A stretch of 64,000 nucleotides of DNA, taken from contig OZ336885.1 in assembly GCA_965287045.1 (NCBI GenBank), positions 42,284,001-42,348,000 on the forward strand, given 5' to 3'. Within the stretch, counting starts at the first letter, position 1. Every line of letters starts with the position of its first letter. Source of the stretch: Carcharhinus amblyrhynchos (lineage: Eukaryota). Of this stretch, positions 12,550 to 24,005 are shown piece after piece. The notes beneath the pieces are model-generated. The model saw nothing but the letters and a program-made list of their open reading frames with translations. It was not told the origin of the DNA and did not search any database. A program made the translations under genes and the position numbers.

Positions 12550-13665
12550 GGGCGGGACTTTCCTGGCCCGCTGTGCTACTTGAGCAGTCACAACATAGAG
12601 ATGCCGGCATTGGACTGGGGTAGACACAGTAAAAAGTCTCACATCACCAGGTTAAAGTCCAACAGGTTTATTTGGTAGTAAATGCCACTAGCTTTTGGAG
12701 TTTGCTCCTTGGAAGGGGCAAACTCCGAAAGCTGGTGGCATTTACTGCCAAATAAACCTGTTGGACTTTAATTTGATGTTGTGAGACTTTTTACTACTTG
12801 AGCAGTGCAGTGGGCTGGGAAACGCCAGCAGGAGGGAAAAGATAGGATTCGTGACTGGTGGATTTTCCCAGTCCATTTTTTACATCGTAATCAGCCTTGC
12901 ACCAGGGAACAGCTCAAAGCTGATTACAATATGCAGAAGCTGCTCTGCATCTCTTTAGCAAGCCCAGGATTTAATGGTCTGGGCTCACTTAAGTTTCTGG
13001 CCCTACCAGTGGAGGTCCACTCTAGTATGGTCCCCACCAATGAAAACCAGTTGTGATGGCCTCGCTGATGGGAGCAGAGACCCATTGAAGCCCCCTTGGG
13101 AGGTTGAGAGCAGGGGGTACTGTCAACCTGGTACCCTGGCAGAAACCAACTGGACAGAAGGCAGTGCCAGATAGAGGTTGAGGGAGGAAGGGGGGAGGGA
13201 AGTGTGAAACTTTGCATGCAGGGTGACGGCTGCTGAGGGTGTTGGGGATCAGTAGCCAGGTCTGGCAAATTGGGATGGGTGTTTGGGTCTGGCAATGTTG
13301 GGTGGTGGTTCGGGGCCAGCAATGGAAAGACCAGCCATTGGGAAGCTCACAATGGGCAGGCAGGCAGGAAGAGGGGAAGACCGACTGTTGGAAGGCCAGT
13401 GATTTTAGGGATGGGAGGTGCTTGTCAACCTTTCTCCCAGTGTCCTGGGAGATCAATGCATGTGCACTAGCCCCCTCTGCAGTCTGATGCCAGCCTCTTG
13501 GGCAGGATTTGGCCCCACTCCCCACCACGTAAATCCCCTGACAGACTGTCTGGTGCACAGTGCGCAATAAATTCAGTCAACTAAACTCACTCATAAAACA
13601 GGCGGAAAAACTCCATATTCCCACCCATTGGGCACTTAGTCTTTTTTTCAGGAAAATCACATCCG
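12550..13665. mobile_element. GC-rich Harbinger-like MITE with a nested Penelope palindrome
   Basis: Termini GGGCGGGACTTTCC ... GGAAAATCACATCC. The right subterminal region resembles 7260-7323. Confidence 0.55.
12589..12793. mobile_element. Inverted pair of Penelope pLTR ends
   Basis: Arms of about 85 bp meet at about 12711. The 13-bp TSD CTACTTGAGCAGT is at 12576-12588 and 12794-12806. Confidence 0.85.
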
Positions 13666-14203
13666 TAAAATTCCACAGTTGATTTGACTCATTACCTTAT
13701 TAAAGAAAATTAGATACAGCTAGAAAGAATGAATAGGCTTGAACTCTTCAAAACTGGTTAGTTTGATGAAAGACCTAAGTTAAAACTGGACAAACATTAT
13801 TCAAATGTTTTGCTTACTTTTATATTGTCAGGGACCTTTGCAAGGCCAATTAACTAATTACATGGATTGAGAATTGTACTTGTGGCTAAGCTGGCATCAT
13901 TCTGATTTGAAATCCAATATATTCATAATGATAAGGTCTGTATGAATCATATTTTAAAGTTGAATTTTGCAACTATTAGCACTGCTTACTGCAATGACCT
14001 ACAATGAGTCAATATCTGTAGGAGATCGGAGAAATAGCAAAATTTTTTTTATCGTTCCAAGTTATAAAAGCTTGCACCTTCTCTTTAGTTAAATGCTCAA
14101 GCATACCTTCCACGTTATCAGTCCTGGGTTATTCCAAAATGTAAAGAAATGATAGATATAATAATTGCCCATTGAAATTATTTGTATAGAAGATTCAAGT
14201 CCA

Positions 14204-14334
14204 TCAATTCAAAACAAAACAACGAAAGCTGAAATTAAAGTTTTCCTGTATTTCATTCTCTATCCATCTGCATTGCTCTAGTCCTTTCCAGAAAGGGGCT
14301 ATTTCAACAGAAAAGTAACTTCCTGTCTTAAAAA
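14204..14334 (-). CDS. Candidate last (or donor-mutated internal) exon of unknown gene
   Basis: Acceptor gtgtgtttccag with phase 1, matching the 18796 exon. Reads (F)FKTGSYFSVEIAPFWKGLEQCRWIENEIQENFNFSFRCFVLN*. Confidence 0.55.
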
Positions 14335-15170
14335 CTGGAAACACACATTCACAGGTCAGCTGCCTCTATAGAATGGGAAGCAGTGTTAATGGGATGAATC
14401 TTGCCAATAGTTTACTATTGGATGGTTCTTGAGTCCGTGGTTAAAATTCAAAACAATCTATAGAAGTACATGAACCCGTCACATTTTGGTTTCAACAGTG
14501 GTACAACGAGAGAAAATGATTCGCTAGCAGGAGTGGAGTTGGTAATTTAAATATTATGATGAGAATGCAAGCTTTCATTTTAATAGACTTTTTATGTTTA
14601 TATCATGTTGACCATGTTTCTCTGTTCTCAAGAAAGCCAGTAGGTGAAAGGAGACAAGAAGGGCTGAATTTATAATGTAAGTGCCTCCACAGCACTGCTT
14701 CAGGGTCAGGAAAAAGAGGAGTGTCCCTCCCATCCACAAAAAACAGCCCTGTAAACCCCACCTCCATGATTGACATGATTCCTCCAATTAAATCCCTCTG
14801 TTCTCCCACCACTACCATTGAACACCCACAACTGATCAGAGTACCCACCCCGTTTGTGTGATTGAATGCCCCAAACACCCTACCAAATAAATCTGCTCTC
14901 CTTGGTGTTTTATTGTGTGGTCGGGGACAAAGCAAGGGCTTTGGGAATTGTCTATTCTCCAAAAGTATGCTGATTGCATCTGTTGTGACAGTACTATGCC
15001 TATAAGAAATGTTTTGTAATCATTTTTCTTTGCAGGATGTTTCTAGCAGACCCTGGAAGTTGTCAGCACTGTTTTGTCCACAACCAATGTCTCTAATTGT
15101 TACTGAACCAATATAATGGACATCATATTTATTTTTAATCTGGTCTAATGCAATGTCCTGAGGTTTTATG

Positions 15171-15174
<4 letters not shown>

Positions 15175-15206
<32 letters not shown>
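15175..15206 (+). repeat. (CT)n microsatellite inside a probable LTR-like element (~15160-15635)
   Basis: Visible CT run. The downstream AT-rich segment has AATAAA and ends ...CTCAACA. Confidence 0.85.
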
Positions 15207-15208
<2 letters not shown>

Positions 15209-15635
15209 GAGGCTTTTTGGAAAGTTCCAGGACTAGGAAGCATCAGAAAATTGATCCAACATTCATAGGACCAATTCACTGCAGGGGTTAAAAAAGCTGA
15301 ATACCCAGCATACTTGCTTTTTGTGTCAAGTTTAGGAAAGGGTATATGTTTGTGATATGTTGTTTAACATGGAACATCATAGGCAGCTAGCTTTTAAGGT
15401 TTATACTGTATCAAGTTTGAATCTTGTAATTAATAAAAGTTTTGCCAATCCTTTTTATTATATTTTGACTGTGTTCTTAAATAAATTTGTTTGATAAAAG
15501 CTTCTTAGTGGGTCACTTGAATTACACCTGAAGGGAAACACCTTTTGCTCACCCATGCCAAAATCAAATGTGAAAATTTAGGTTTTAAGCTATATTCATA
15601 AAACTCCTTGGAGTTTCTAGCCTGGGCCTCAACAT

Positions 15636-17110
15636 GTAGTTTCTCAAAACCATTACTCTTTATTTACAGCAATATTTAGACATTTAAACCTTTGCACACG
15701 GTTGGAGCTTCTCCTCCTTCCAGATCTCTCTTACGTCTCAGTCACGTGATCAGACTTCATTATTATATCAGCTAATGACATTAACCTTTACTTTACATTG
15801 CCATCCAAGTCTTTATCCCCATTTTGCTGACATCCTTCAACATCAACCCCAAAGTCTTCGCAAGCTGAGTTTCTAAGGTGCCTTGATTAATATTTCCGAT
15901 CTCATTCTGATCTCCTTCGGAGTTTGAGGACATTCCTTACTCTTCCTTCTGTCAGTGTGAGTGTTCTTCTCCTGGGTGGTTGTAGAGCTTATAGTAAGTC
16001 TTCCTTCTTCTTCATCAGGATCTGTATTGTGCGCCCAAATTTCTATTGGCTTCCTCCTACAGCTTCTCCTTATGGTGCCCTAGTCTGCCTCAATCCTGTA
16101 CAATCATGATTATGGAGTTTTTTCCAATGATTGTGCCTTCCTTCCATTGGTCTCAGAAGGATAGCTTCACCCCTGTTTCAGCACTGATAACTCCCAGGCT
16201 TCATGCCTGTGATTAAAGTTCTGAGCCTGGTTCTTTATCAGGTGGTTTTCCTCTCTTGTGGATGCTAAGATAATATTCAGCCAGAAATGTGTTCTCAATC
16301 TCCTATCCATGAGTAATTTGATGGCCAGAAACCATTTTGAAGTGGTTAGATTTGATAACTCAGATGAACTTGTGTTGTTTGTTTTTCTTCAATAAAATCT
16401 TTGATGATTTATTGCCCTCTCTCTTAGCTTCTCCATTAACTTGGGGATAGTGAAGTGAACTGGTTACATGAACAAAGCCATATATGTTAGCAAAATTGTT
16501 GAATAACTCTTTAGCAAATTGTGGCCCATTATCAGACACTTTGAGATGTTGCACAAATGCTCCTGAGAGATTGAATAACTGCTTCTGCTGTGATACTGTG
16601 CAATTGACTTACTTCAATCCACTTTCAGTTATAGTCAATGACAGTCAGAAAGGTTTTACTCCTAATTTTGAAGAAGTCAATTACCAGGTTTTCCATAGCT
16701 TCATGGAAAAGTAGAAAACAATAGTCGTTCTTTTTACTTCTGGCTGCTTACAAATCAGTAAGGAGTCTCACAACACCAGGTTAAAATCCAACCAGTTTAT
16801 TTGATAGTTATAGTGTGTGAGACTTTTTATTGTGTTTATCCCAGTCCAACACCGGCATCTCCACATCATGCTTACAAATCAGACAGCTGGAAATTATCTC
16901 TTCCAATGAGTAAGTAATACTGATTGCAGAGCCCTTGCATGACATTTTGCTGTTCCTGGAAGACCTTGGTGAAATCTTTGCAGAATACCAAGCCACAGTG
17001 CACAGTGATTATTCTTTCATTGAAGACTAGCAAGTTGTCAATGACTGTGAGGTGATTGCGCTGTTCACAGTCATAGGACAGGATTTTAATGGCCTTGCTC
17101 ATCTGGAAAC
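15636..17110 (-). mobile_element. Decayed Gypsy/Ty3 LTR retrotransposon: integrase region plus probable 3' LTR
   Basis: VSDNGPQFAKELFNNFANIYGFVHVTSSLHYPQVNGEAKR is an integrase core. RNHLTVIDNLLVFNERII lies upstream. A TGT...ACA block spans about 15635-15797. Confidence 0.85.
16759..16868. mobile_element. Penelope pLTR mini-insertion (inverted arms) nested in Gypsy pol
   Basis: The 14-bp TSD TGCTTACAAATCAG is at 16745-16758 and 16869-16882. The right arm ends in the ccagtccaacaccggcatctccacatca tail. Confidence 0.85.
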
Positions 17111-17726
17111 CATGAAGATTCCCCACCCCCCCAACATGAGGTCAACGGACCTTTCAATTGTCTGCCCCTTGCCAGGTCTGATTCCCATTGCAGGAGGGGC
17201 AGTAAAATTCCAGCCATAGTATTGGATTAGAGGGTATATAGTTTTGCCATCCTTCTTGGATATGGCAACATTCATTATCTCATTGCTGGGCTTATTTTAC
17301 TTCCTGCAACTTTTTTGATGAACAGTCAATTGCCATCATTCACAGGGGCTCCATTCCCACAAAATCTCATGAAGAGGAAATCACCAATGTTGAATTTGCG
17401 CAACATTCAACATTCGTGTTGAATGTTGATAATGCATCTCATTCTAGATGGGAAAGTTAGGAGTTTAAAATGAGAGACTAAGTTGTAGGTGAGTGAAGTT
17501 TTGGGAACACAAGATTTAGCATATGTACATACACGTTCATAGGGGTAAACAAATATACGATAGAGGAAGTTGTAAATGATGGGAGTTAACTGTAGCTGGA
17601 TAAGTGCTGAGCGATTAAGAATGCATATGATTCAACCTCCTCAATAAAGTAGATATCCACCAGTTTGATTCTGTCTGATTATATTTGTGACTTGTGCTCA
17701 ATTTCACATGCCTCCCATCTGGTTTA

Positions 17727-18030
17727 GCACAGCACAGTGGCACAGTGGTTAGCACTGCTGCCTCACAGAGCCAGAGACCCAGATTTGATTCCGGCCTGTC
17801 TATGTGGAGTTCGCACTTATTCCCCGTGTCTGCGTGGGTTTCCTCTGGGTGCTCTGGTTTAGTCCCATAGTCCAGACATGTGCAGGTTAGGTTGTTTGGC
17901 CATGCTAAATTGATGCTTGCATCAGGGGGGATTAACATGTGTGTGAGGTTATGGGAATAGGGCCTGGGAGGGATTGTGCCAATACAGACTTAATGGGCTG
18001 AATGGCCTCTTTCTATACTGTAGGGACTCT
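17727..18030 (+). mobile_element. HE1 SINE (HER1 LINE-type tail)
   Basis: Head GTGGCACAGTGGTTAGCACTGCTGCCTCACAG and tail atgggctgaatggcctctttctatactgtagggactct. Confidence 0.9.
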
Positions 18031-18795
18031 GTGGTGTGCTGGTTTGTTTTTGGTGGAAAGGAAGGGTGGGAACATGTAAAATAAGTCAGGTTCCCATCCT
18101 ACCCTGAGGTGATTGCCATAGTACAGGGATTGGATGGACATTAAAATGAGCAGCCTGGCTTCCATATTTAAATAACGCATCAAGGATCAAGGGAGCTTGT
18201 TAACAAACCAATAGACTCTGAAAATATGTTGCGCATGCCATAACATGCTTCAAAACTCCTTGACTGCTGCTCAACTGCCTGCCTAAAGCAAATGAGAAGT
18301 GTCAGTTTACCATCGAGCAGAAATTCTAGCAGCCAGAAGCTGCTGCTCGGCTTGCACTAGAATAAGATACAGTGGCAAATAAGTAAATCACAGGAATATA
18401 TATTTGGGATGGTCTTACAGGAGCAATGGGGTAAGTTGGAGGGTGTGGTTGAGGTAGTTGCAATTTTCCTCATGGCACAGCGTTAAAATACAATTGGGAT
18501 CGGGACACGGTGGGACCCTGATTTGCATGGATTTGCACAGCTGTTGTTGACTTTCTCCCAGCCACCAAACTGCAGAGTGTGATTAAGATGGTAACCACTG
18601 AGATTCAAATGGAAATTGGCCCTTCCAGTTTGAATGTTCCTTCTTAAAGGATTCTCCATCTTCTCCCCAGCAGACAGAATGGGATATGAGTCTACACATT
18701 CTCTACTGCAGTTCATCTCAAATGTGACAATCGTGCTGTTTCCATTCAGTTTAATCAAATATAAAAAGTGGATAATTGAGCCTCAAGGACCTTAC

Positions 18796-18857
18796 ATTGA
18801 TAGAAGGCCCAGGCTTTTCTCCGATCAATATTTCTGCTGAGGTTCAGCTTTCTGTTA
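18796..18857 (-). CDS. Internal exon of unknown gene (62 nt, phase 2 to 1)
   Basis: ttgttcctttttcag|...|gtaagg. Reads (S)NRKLNLSRNIDRRKAWAFYQ, and the phases fit both neighbouring exons. Confidence 0.6.
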
Positions 18858-18924
18858 CTGAAAAAGGAACAATTAATATTAAAAAAGGCATAAAATATTG
18901 ATTGCTCAAAGGAAAGAATGATTG

Positions 18925-19160
18925 TAGTGGCACCTCATCACTTGTTCACAATGTCCTAAAGCACTTTGCAGACAATTAACTATTTTTGAAATGCAATTAT
19001 TGTTATGGTACACATAAATGCAGTATTTATACTGCATACTTGGTTTAACAGCCTAGCTGAAGAATGACACTTCCAAAAATGCAGCATTCCTGTCACTCTG
19101 CACTAGAATCTCAGCCTAGATAATGGACTCAATTCTGGAATTGATCTTAAATCCAGAACC
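18925..19160 (-). mobile_element. Deu-domain SINE remnant
   Basis: gtttaacagcctagctgaagaatgacacttcc...gcagcattcc...ctgcactagaatctcagcctagat is the reverse complement of a Deu-SINE 5' half. Confidence 0.55.
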
Positions 19161-19264
19161 TGAAAAAGTATTTTTCTTAAAACAAAATTAATGAAGATTT
19201 TCCCTTTTCCACAGCAATCTTTTCTATTGATCCTTCAAATCCTGCTTTTCAAGTCCTTCCCCAG

Positions 19265-22230
19265 TAGAAACATTAGAACATAGAACATAGAACATAGAAC
19301 ATTACAGCGCAGAACAGGCCCTTCGGCCCACGATGTTGCGCCGACCAGTTACAAAACAATGACCCACTAACCTAAACCAATCCCTTCTCGTCCATAAACC
19401 TATCCATGGATCTCTTAAACGCCCCCAAACTAGGCGCATTTACAACTGCAGCAGGCAGGGCATTCCAATCCCTCACCACCCTCTGGGTAAAGAACCTACC
19501 CCTCACATCCGTCCTATAACTACCACCCCTTAATTTAAAGCCATGCCCCCTCTTGCTAGATTTCTCCATCAGAGGAAAAAGGCTATTACTATCCACCCTA
19601 TCTAAACCTCTAATCATCTTATATGTTTCAATAAGATCCCCTCTTAGCCGCCTCCTTTCCAGCGAAAACAACCCCAAATCCCTCAGCCTCTCCTCATAGG
19701 ACCTCCCCTCCATACCAGGCAACATCCTGGTAAACCTCCTCTGCACCCTCTCCAAAGCCTCCACATCCTTCCTGTAATGTGGGGACCAGAACTGCACACA
19801 GTACTCCAAGTGCGGCCACACCAGAGTTGTGTACAGTTGCAACATGACGCTGCGACTCCTAAATTCAATCCCCCTACCAATAAACGCCAAGACACCGTAT
19901 GCCTTCTTAACAACCTTATCTACTTGACTCCCAACTTTCAGGGATCTATGTACACATACACCTAGATCCCTCTGCTCATCCACACTATTCAAAGTCCTCT
20001 CGTTAGCCCTATACTCGACACATCTGTTATTCCTACCAAAGTGAATTACCTCACACTTCTCCACATTAAACTCCATCTGCCACCTCTCGGCCCAGCTCTG
20101 CAACCTGTCTAAGTCTTCCTGCAAACTATGACAGCCTTCGTCACTATCTACCACACCTCCGACTTTGGTGTCATCAGCAAACTTACTAATCCACCCAACT
20201 ATACCCTCATCCAGATCATTAATAAAAATTACAAACAGCAGTGGCCCCAAAACAGATCCCTGAGGCACACCACTCGAAACCGAACTCCATGATGAATATT
20301 TACCATCAACCACCTCCCTCTGTCTCCTATCCGCTAGCCAATTCCTGATCCAATTCCCTAGATCACCCCCAATCCCATACATCTGCATTTTCTGCAGAAG
20401 CCTACCATGGTGAACCTTATCAAACGCCTTACTAAAATCCATATACACCACGTCCACTGCCTTACCCCCATCCACCTCTTTGGTCACTTTCTCAAAAAAC
20501 TCAATAAGGTTAGTAAGGCACGACCTACCCGCCACAAAACCATGCTGACTATCTCCAATCAATTCTTTACTCTCCAAATAACTATAAATCCTATCCCGAA
20601 TAATTTTTTCTAAAACCTTGCCCACAACAAAAGTGAGACTCACCGGTCTATAATTCCCGGGGAAGTCTCTGTTCCCCTTCTTAAACAATGGGACAACATT
20701 CGCTAACCTCCAATCTTCCGGTACTATACCAGAGGCCAACGACGACCTGAAGATCAGAGCCAGAGGCTCTGCAATCACTTCTCTTGCCTCCCAGAGAATC
20801 CTGGGGTAAATCCCATCCGGACCAGGGGACTTATCTATTTTCAGCCCCTCCAGAATATCTAGCACATCCTCCTTATCAACTGCAACACTGTCAATTCTAC
20901 TCCCCTGCAATCCAGTGTCCTCCTCAGCTACATCCATGTCCCCCTGCGTGAACACCGAAGAGAAATATTGGTTCAATGCTTCACCAATCTCCTCCGGTTC
21001 CACACATAACTTCCCTCTGCTGTCTATAACTGGCCCTAATCTTGCCCTAACCAACCTTCTGTTCTTAACATACCTATAGAACACCTTAGGATTCTCCTTA
21101 ATCCTATCAGCCAAAGTCTTCTCATGTCCTCTTTTAGCCCTTCTTAGCTCACTCTTCAACTCCCTCCTAGCCAATCTAAAGTTTTCTAGTGCACTATCCG
21201 AGCCCTCACATCTCATCCGAACATAAGCCTCCTTTTTCCTCTTAACCAACGAAAAAACTTTTTTGGTGCACCACAGTTCCCTAGCCCTACCAATTCCTCC
21301 TTGCCTGACAGGGACATACCTATTACGGACTCGCAGTAGCTGCTCCTTGAAAAAACTCCACATTTCAGACGTTCCCAGTCCCTGTAATCTCCTAGTCCAA
21401 CCTATGCTTCCTAATTCTCTCCTAATAGCCTCATAATTACCCTTCCCCCAGCTAAAACCACTAGCCCGAGGTTCATTCTTATCCCTTTCCATCACTAAGG
21501 TGAACGTAACCGAATTGTGGTCACTATCACCAAAATGCACACCAACTTCCAAGTCTAGCACCTGGTCTGGCTCATTTCCCAGCACCAAATCCAATATAGC
21601 CTCACCTCTAGTTGGCCTATCTACATACTGAGTCAAAAAACCTTCCTGCACGCTTTGTACAAAAACTGACCCCTCTAACGAGCTAGAGCTATAACAATTC
21701 CAATCATTATTAGTAAAGTTAAAATCCCCCATAACAATTACCCCATTACTTTCACTCCTAACCAGGATCGTCTCCGCAATCCTTTCCTCAACCTCTCTAG
21801 AACTTTTAGGAGGTCTATAAAAGACTCCCAACAGGGTGACCTCTCCTCTCCTATTTCTAATCTCTGCCCATACTACCTCAACAGACAAGTCCTCATCAAA
21901 CTTCCTCTCTGACACTGTGATACAATCCCTGACCAATAAAGCTACCCCTCCCCCCCTCCTACCTCCTTCTCTACTCCGACTAAAACATTTGAACCCCGGG
22001 ACCTGCAGCAACCATTCCTGCCCCTGTTCTATCCATGTCTCTGAAATGGCCACAACATCGAAGTCCCAGGTACTGATCCACGCTGCAAGTTCTTCCACTT
22101 TATTGCGAATACTCCTCGCATTAAAGTACACGCATTTCAAACCCTGCTCCACCCCACCCCGGCGATGCTGTGCATTGCAGTCCCCATCTATGCCCCCCTC
22201 ACTTTCAACCCCCCTACTCAGGATCCCACC
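19265..22230 (-). mobile_element. Young 5'-truncated CR1/HER1-clade LINE
   Basis: (TTCTATG)n tail at about 19268-19300, a short 3' UTR, and an uninterrupted ORF2. The 5' end is truncated just upstream of the endonuclease. Confidence 0.97.
19372..22230 (-). CDS. LINE ORF2p: AP endonuclease + reverse transcriptase
   Basis: EN motifs FNARS, ISETW, MGDFN, LDLVL, SDH. RT motifs KSPGPDG, NYRPVSL, QHGF, DFSKAFD, GVPQGSVLGP, KFADD. The first ~17 residues of the 969-aa track ORF come from flanking DNA. Confidence 0.95.
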   Translation of the reverse strand, partial: GGILSRGVESEGGIDGDCNAQHRRGGVEQGLKCVYFNARSIRNKVEELAAWISTWDFDVVAISETWIEQGQEWLLQVPGFKCFSRSREGGRRGGGVALLVRDCITVSERKFDEDLSVEVVWAEIRNRRGEVTLLGVFYRPPKSSREVEERIAETILVRSESNGVIVMGDFNFTNNDWNCYSSSSLEGSVFVQSVQEGFLTQYVDRPTRGEAILDLVLGNEPDQVLDLEVGVHFGDSDHNSVTFTLVMERDKNEPRASGFSWGKGNYEAIRRELGSIGWTRRLQGLGTSEMWSFFKEQLLRVRNRYVPVRQGGIGRARELWCTKKVFSLVKRKKEAYVRMRCEGSDSALENFRLARRELKSELRRAKRGHEKTLADRIKENPKVFYRYVKNRRLVRARLGPVIDSRGKLCVEPEEIGEALNQYFSSVFTQGDMDVAEEDTGLQGSRIDSVAVDKEDVLDILEGLKIDKSPGPDGIYPRILWEAREVIAEPLALIFRSSLASGIVPEDWRLANVVPLFKKGNRDFPGNYRPVSLTFVVGKVLEKIIRDRIYSYLESKELIGDSQHGFVAGRSCLTNLIEFFEKVTKEVDGGKAVDVVYMDFSKAFDKVHHGRLLQKMQMYGIGGDLGNWIRNWLADRRQREVVDGKYSSWSSVSSGVPQGSVLGPLLFVIFINDLDEGIVGWISKFADDTKVGGVVDSDEGCHSLQEDLDRLQSWAERWQMEFNVEKCEVIHFGRNNRCVEYRANERTLNSVDEQRDLGVCVHRSLKVGSQVDKVVKKAYGVLAFIGRGIEFRSRSVMLQLYTTLVWPHLEYCVQFWSPHYRKDVEALERVQRRFTRMLPGMEGRSYEERLRDLGLFSLERRRLRGDLIETYKMIRGLDRVDSNSLFPLMEKSSKRGHGFKLRGGSYRTDVRGRFFTQRVVRDWNALPAAVVNAPSLGAFKRSMDRFMDEKGLV

Positions 22231-22460
22231 TAAAGATTTGAGCCACACCAAGAATGGGTGCACAAAGGATGCAGGAATCAATCTCTGGATCTAACTGGAT
22301 AGGTATATTTACAATTAGCAATTACATTTAGACTGGATTGATATGGGGAGGGTAGGTGGTGCAGTGGGTTAGCTACAAGCTGTCTATCTCTGGGAACTGT
22401 GTGGAGCCTAAAGAAAAATATGTTAAAATTATAAAGTATGCCACTGGATTTTAGCCAAAC

Positions 22461-22809
22461 GGGAGGTGGTGGCCTAGTGGTATTATCACTAGACTGTTAT
22501 TCCAGAAACTCAACTGAAGTTCTGGGGACCTGGGTTTAAAACCCACTATGGCAGATGACGGAATTTGAATTCAACAAAAAATATCTGGAATTAAGGATCT
22601 ACTGATGACCATTATCAAAAATCCATCTGGTTCTCTAATATCCTTTAGGGAAGGAAATCTGACTTCCTTACCCGGTCTGACCTACATGTGACTCCAAATC
22701 CAGAGCAATGTGGTTGACTTTTAACTACCCTCTGAACAAGGGCAACTAGGGATGGGCAATAAATGCTGACCAGCCAGTGACTCCCATGTCCCATAAATGA
22801 ATAAAAAAA
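22461..22809 (+). mobile_element. tRNA-derived SINE, second family
   Basis: A-box GTGGCCTAGTGG, colinear with 6005-6357, ends AATGAATAAAAAAA. Confidence 0.85.
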
Positions 22810-23736
22810 GTGCAAAATCACCAACAGAAAGTTGAATGGCTAACTAAAAATGGTAGTCAGAAGAGTAGGGATTGGGAGGCAAGTGGAAAATGAATTCTTA
22901 ATATTGTTTGCAATATCATTATCATATACTAGGAAGCAAGCTTGCACATGAGAGTGTGAGTGTGATTGGTTTAATTAAACTGAAAACAATTAGACTGCAA
23001 ATATCAAAATAGCAAAAGTGTGAAGGCAAGTGGTTGAAATGGTAATGAACATGGCAGGGTGGGAGGGGAGGGGGCGCTGGGCAGTGGAAGATACAGCCAC
23101 TTTCTAAGTGGTAAATATTGTAAATTACAGGGTAATGAGAGTAGCAGCTATAGTTCCAGGCAGGCTAGCATTAACACCAAAATTCAGCTGGCTTAAGGGA
23201 TAAGATAGATAAGCAGTTTGAACTTTAACTGAAACAATGAAAAGTTCTCAGCTTTGTAACTAAGAATGGATTCTGCAAACTATCTTTCAGTGGTTTCCGG
23301 CAGAGAAATATTTTTCTTCCCACCCTCCTGAGGTGTGGGAAGTGCTATCTGATAAAACAGTTTCTATGGTAACTTCCAAAAGGGAATTGGTTAAATACTT
23401 GAGGGGAAAAGATTTCATAGGACTACAGGGATCGGGCAATTGAGTATATTCGCCAGAAAGCCAATGCATGTGTGGTGGGCTGCTATCTGTGTTGTATCAT
23501 TTTAATGATTCTACAAGTGGAAGTGTCTGACTTGTATGTGAAGAACTTTGGAATAATAAGTATCCGATCCCACCTTTATAATGAAAAGATCATAGCTTGC
23601 AACAACCTTATCATACTTTGCGGACCAGATAAATTCAAGTATGAATGGTTATCTTTAAATAATTGTTCCAGCTGTCTGCTGGCTTGCTAGCATTCTCTAC
23701 AGGATAGAAGCCCAAATAATACCTTCATTAACATAA

Positions 23737-24005
23737 TGTGGAGATGCTGGTGTTAGACTGGGTAAACACAGTAAAACGTCTGACAACGCCAGGTTTAGCA
23801 GGCTAAACCTGGTCTGAATAGTAGGCTAGGTGTAAAGACTCGCATTCTAATCAGTAATCTGTAAACTGTCTATGCTATTATATGCTCTGTCTGAGGCTAG
23901 AACTCTCCATTCGCCTGATAAAGGGGCAAACCCTGAAAGCTTGCGAGTTTACTATCAAATAAATCAGTTGGACTTAAACCTGGTGTTGTCAGACTTCTTA
24001 CTGTC
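23737..24005 (+). mobile_element. Penelope pLTR insertion with a short inverted arm and a hammerhead motif (23911-23946)
   Basis: TSD CATTAACATAA at 23726-23736 and 24006-24016. The motif reads TCGC-CTGATAA-A-GGGG(CAAA)CCCT-GAAA-GCTT-GCGA. Confidence 0.85.

Noticed and set aside
13680-14203. SECIS element in the putative 3' UTR
   Set aside because: No AUGA...AA...GA stem with correct spacing was found by eye.
22231-22281. N-terminus MIPASFVHPFLVWLKSL as the true start of LINE ORF2
   Set aside because: It has a non-ATG start and lies in flanking DNA beyond the 5' truncation.
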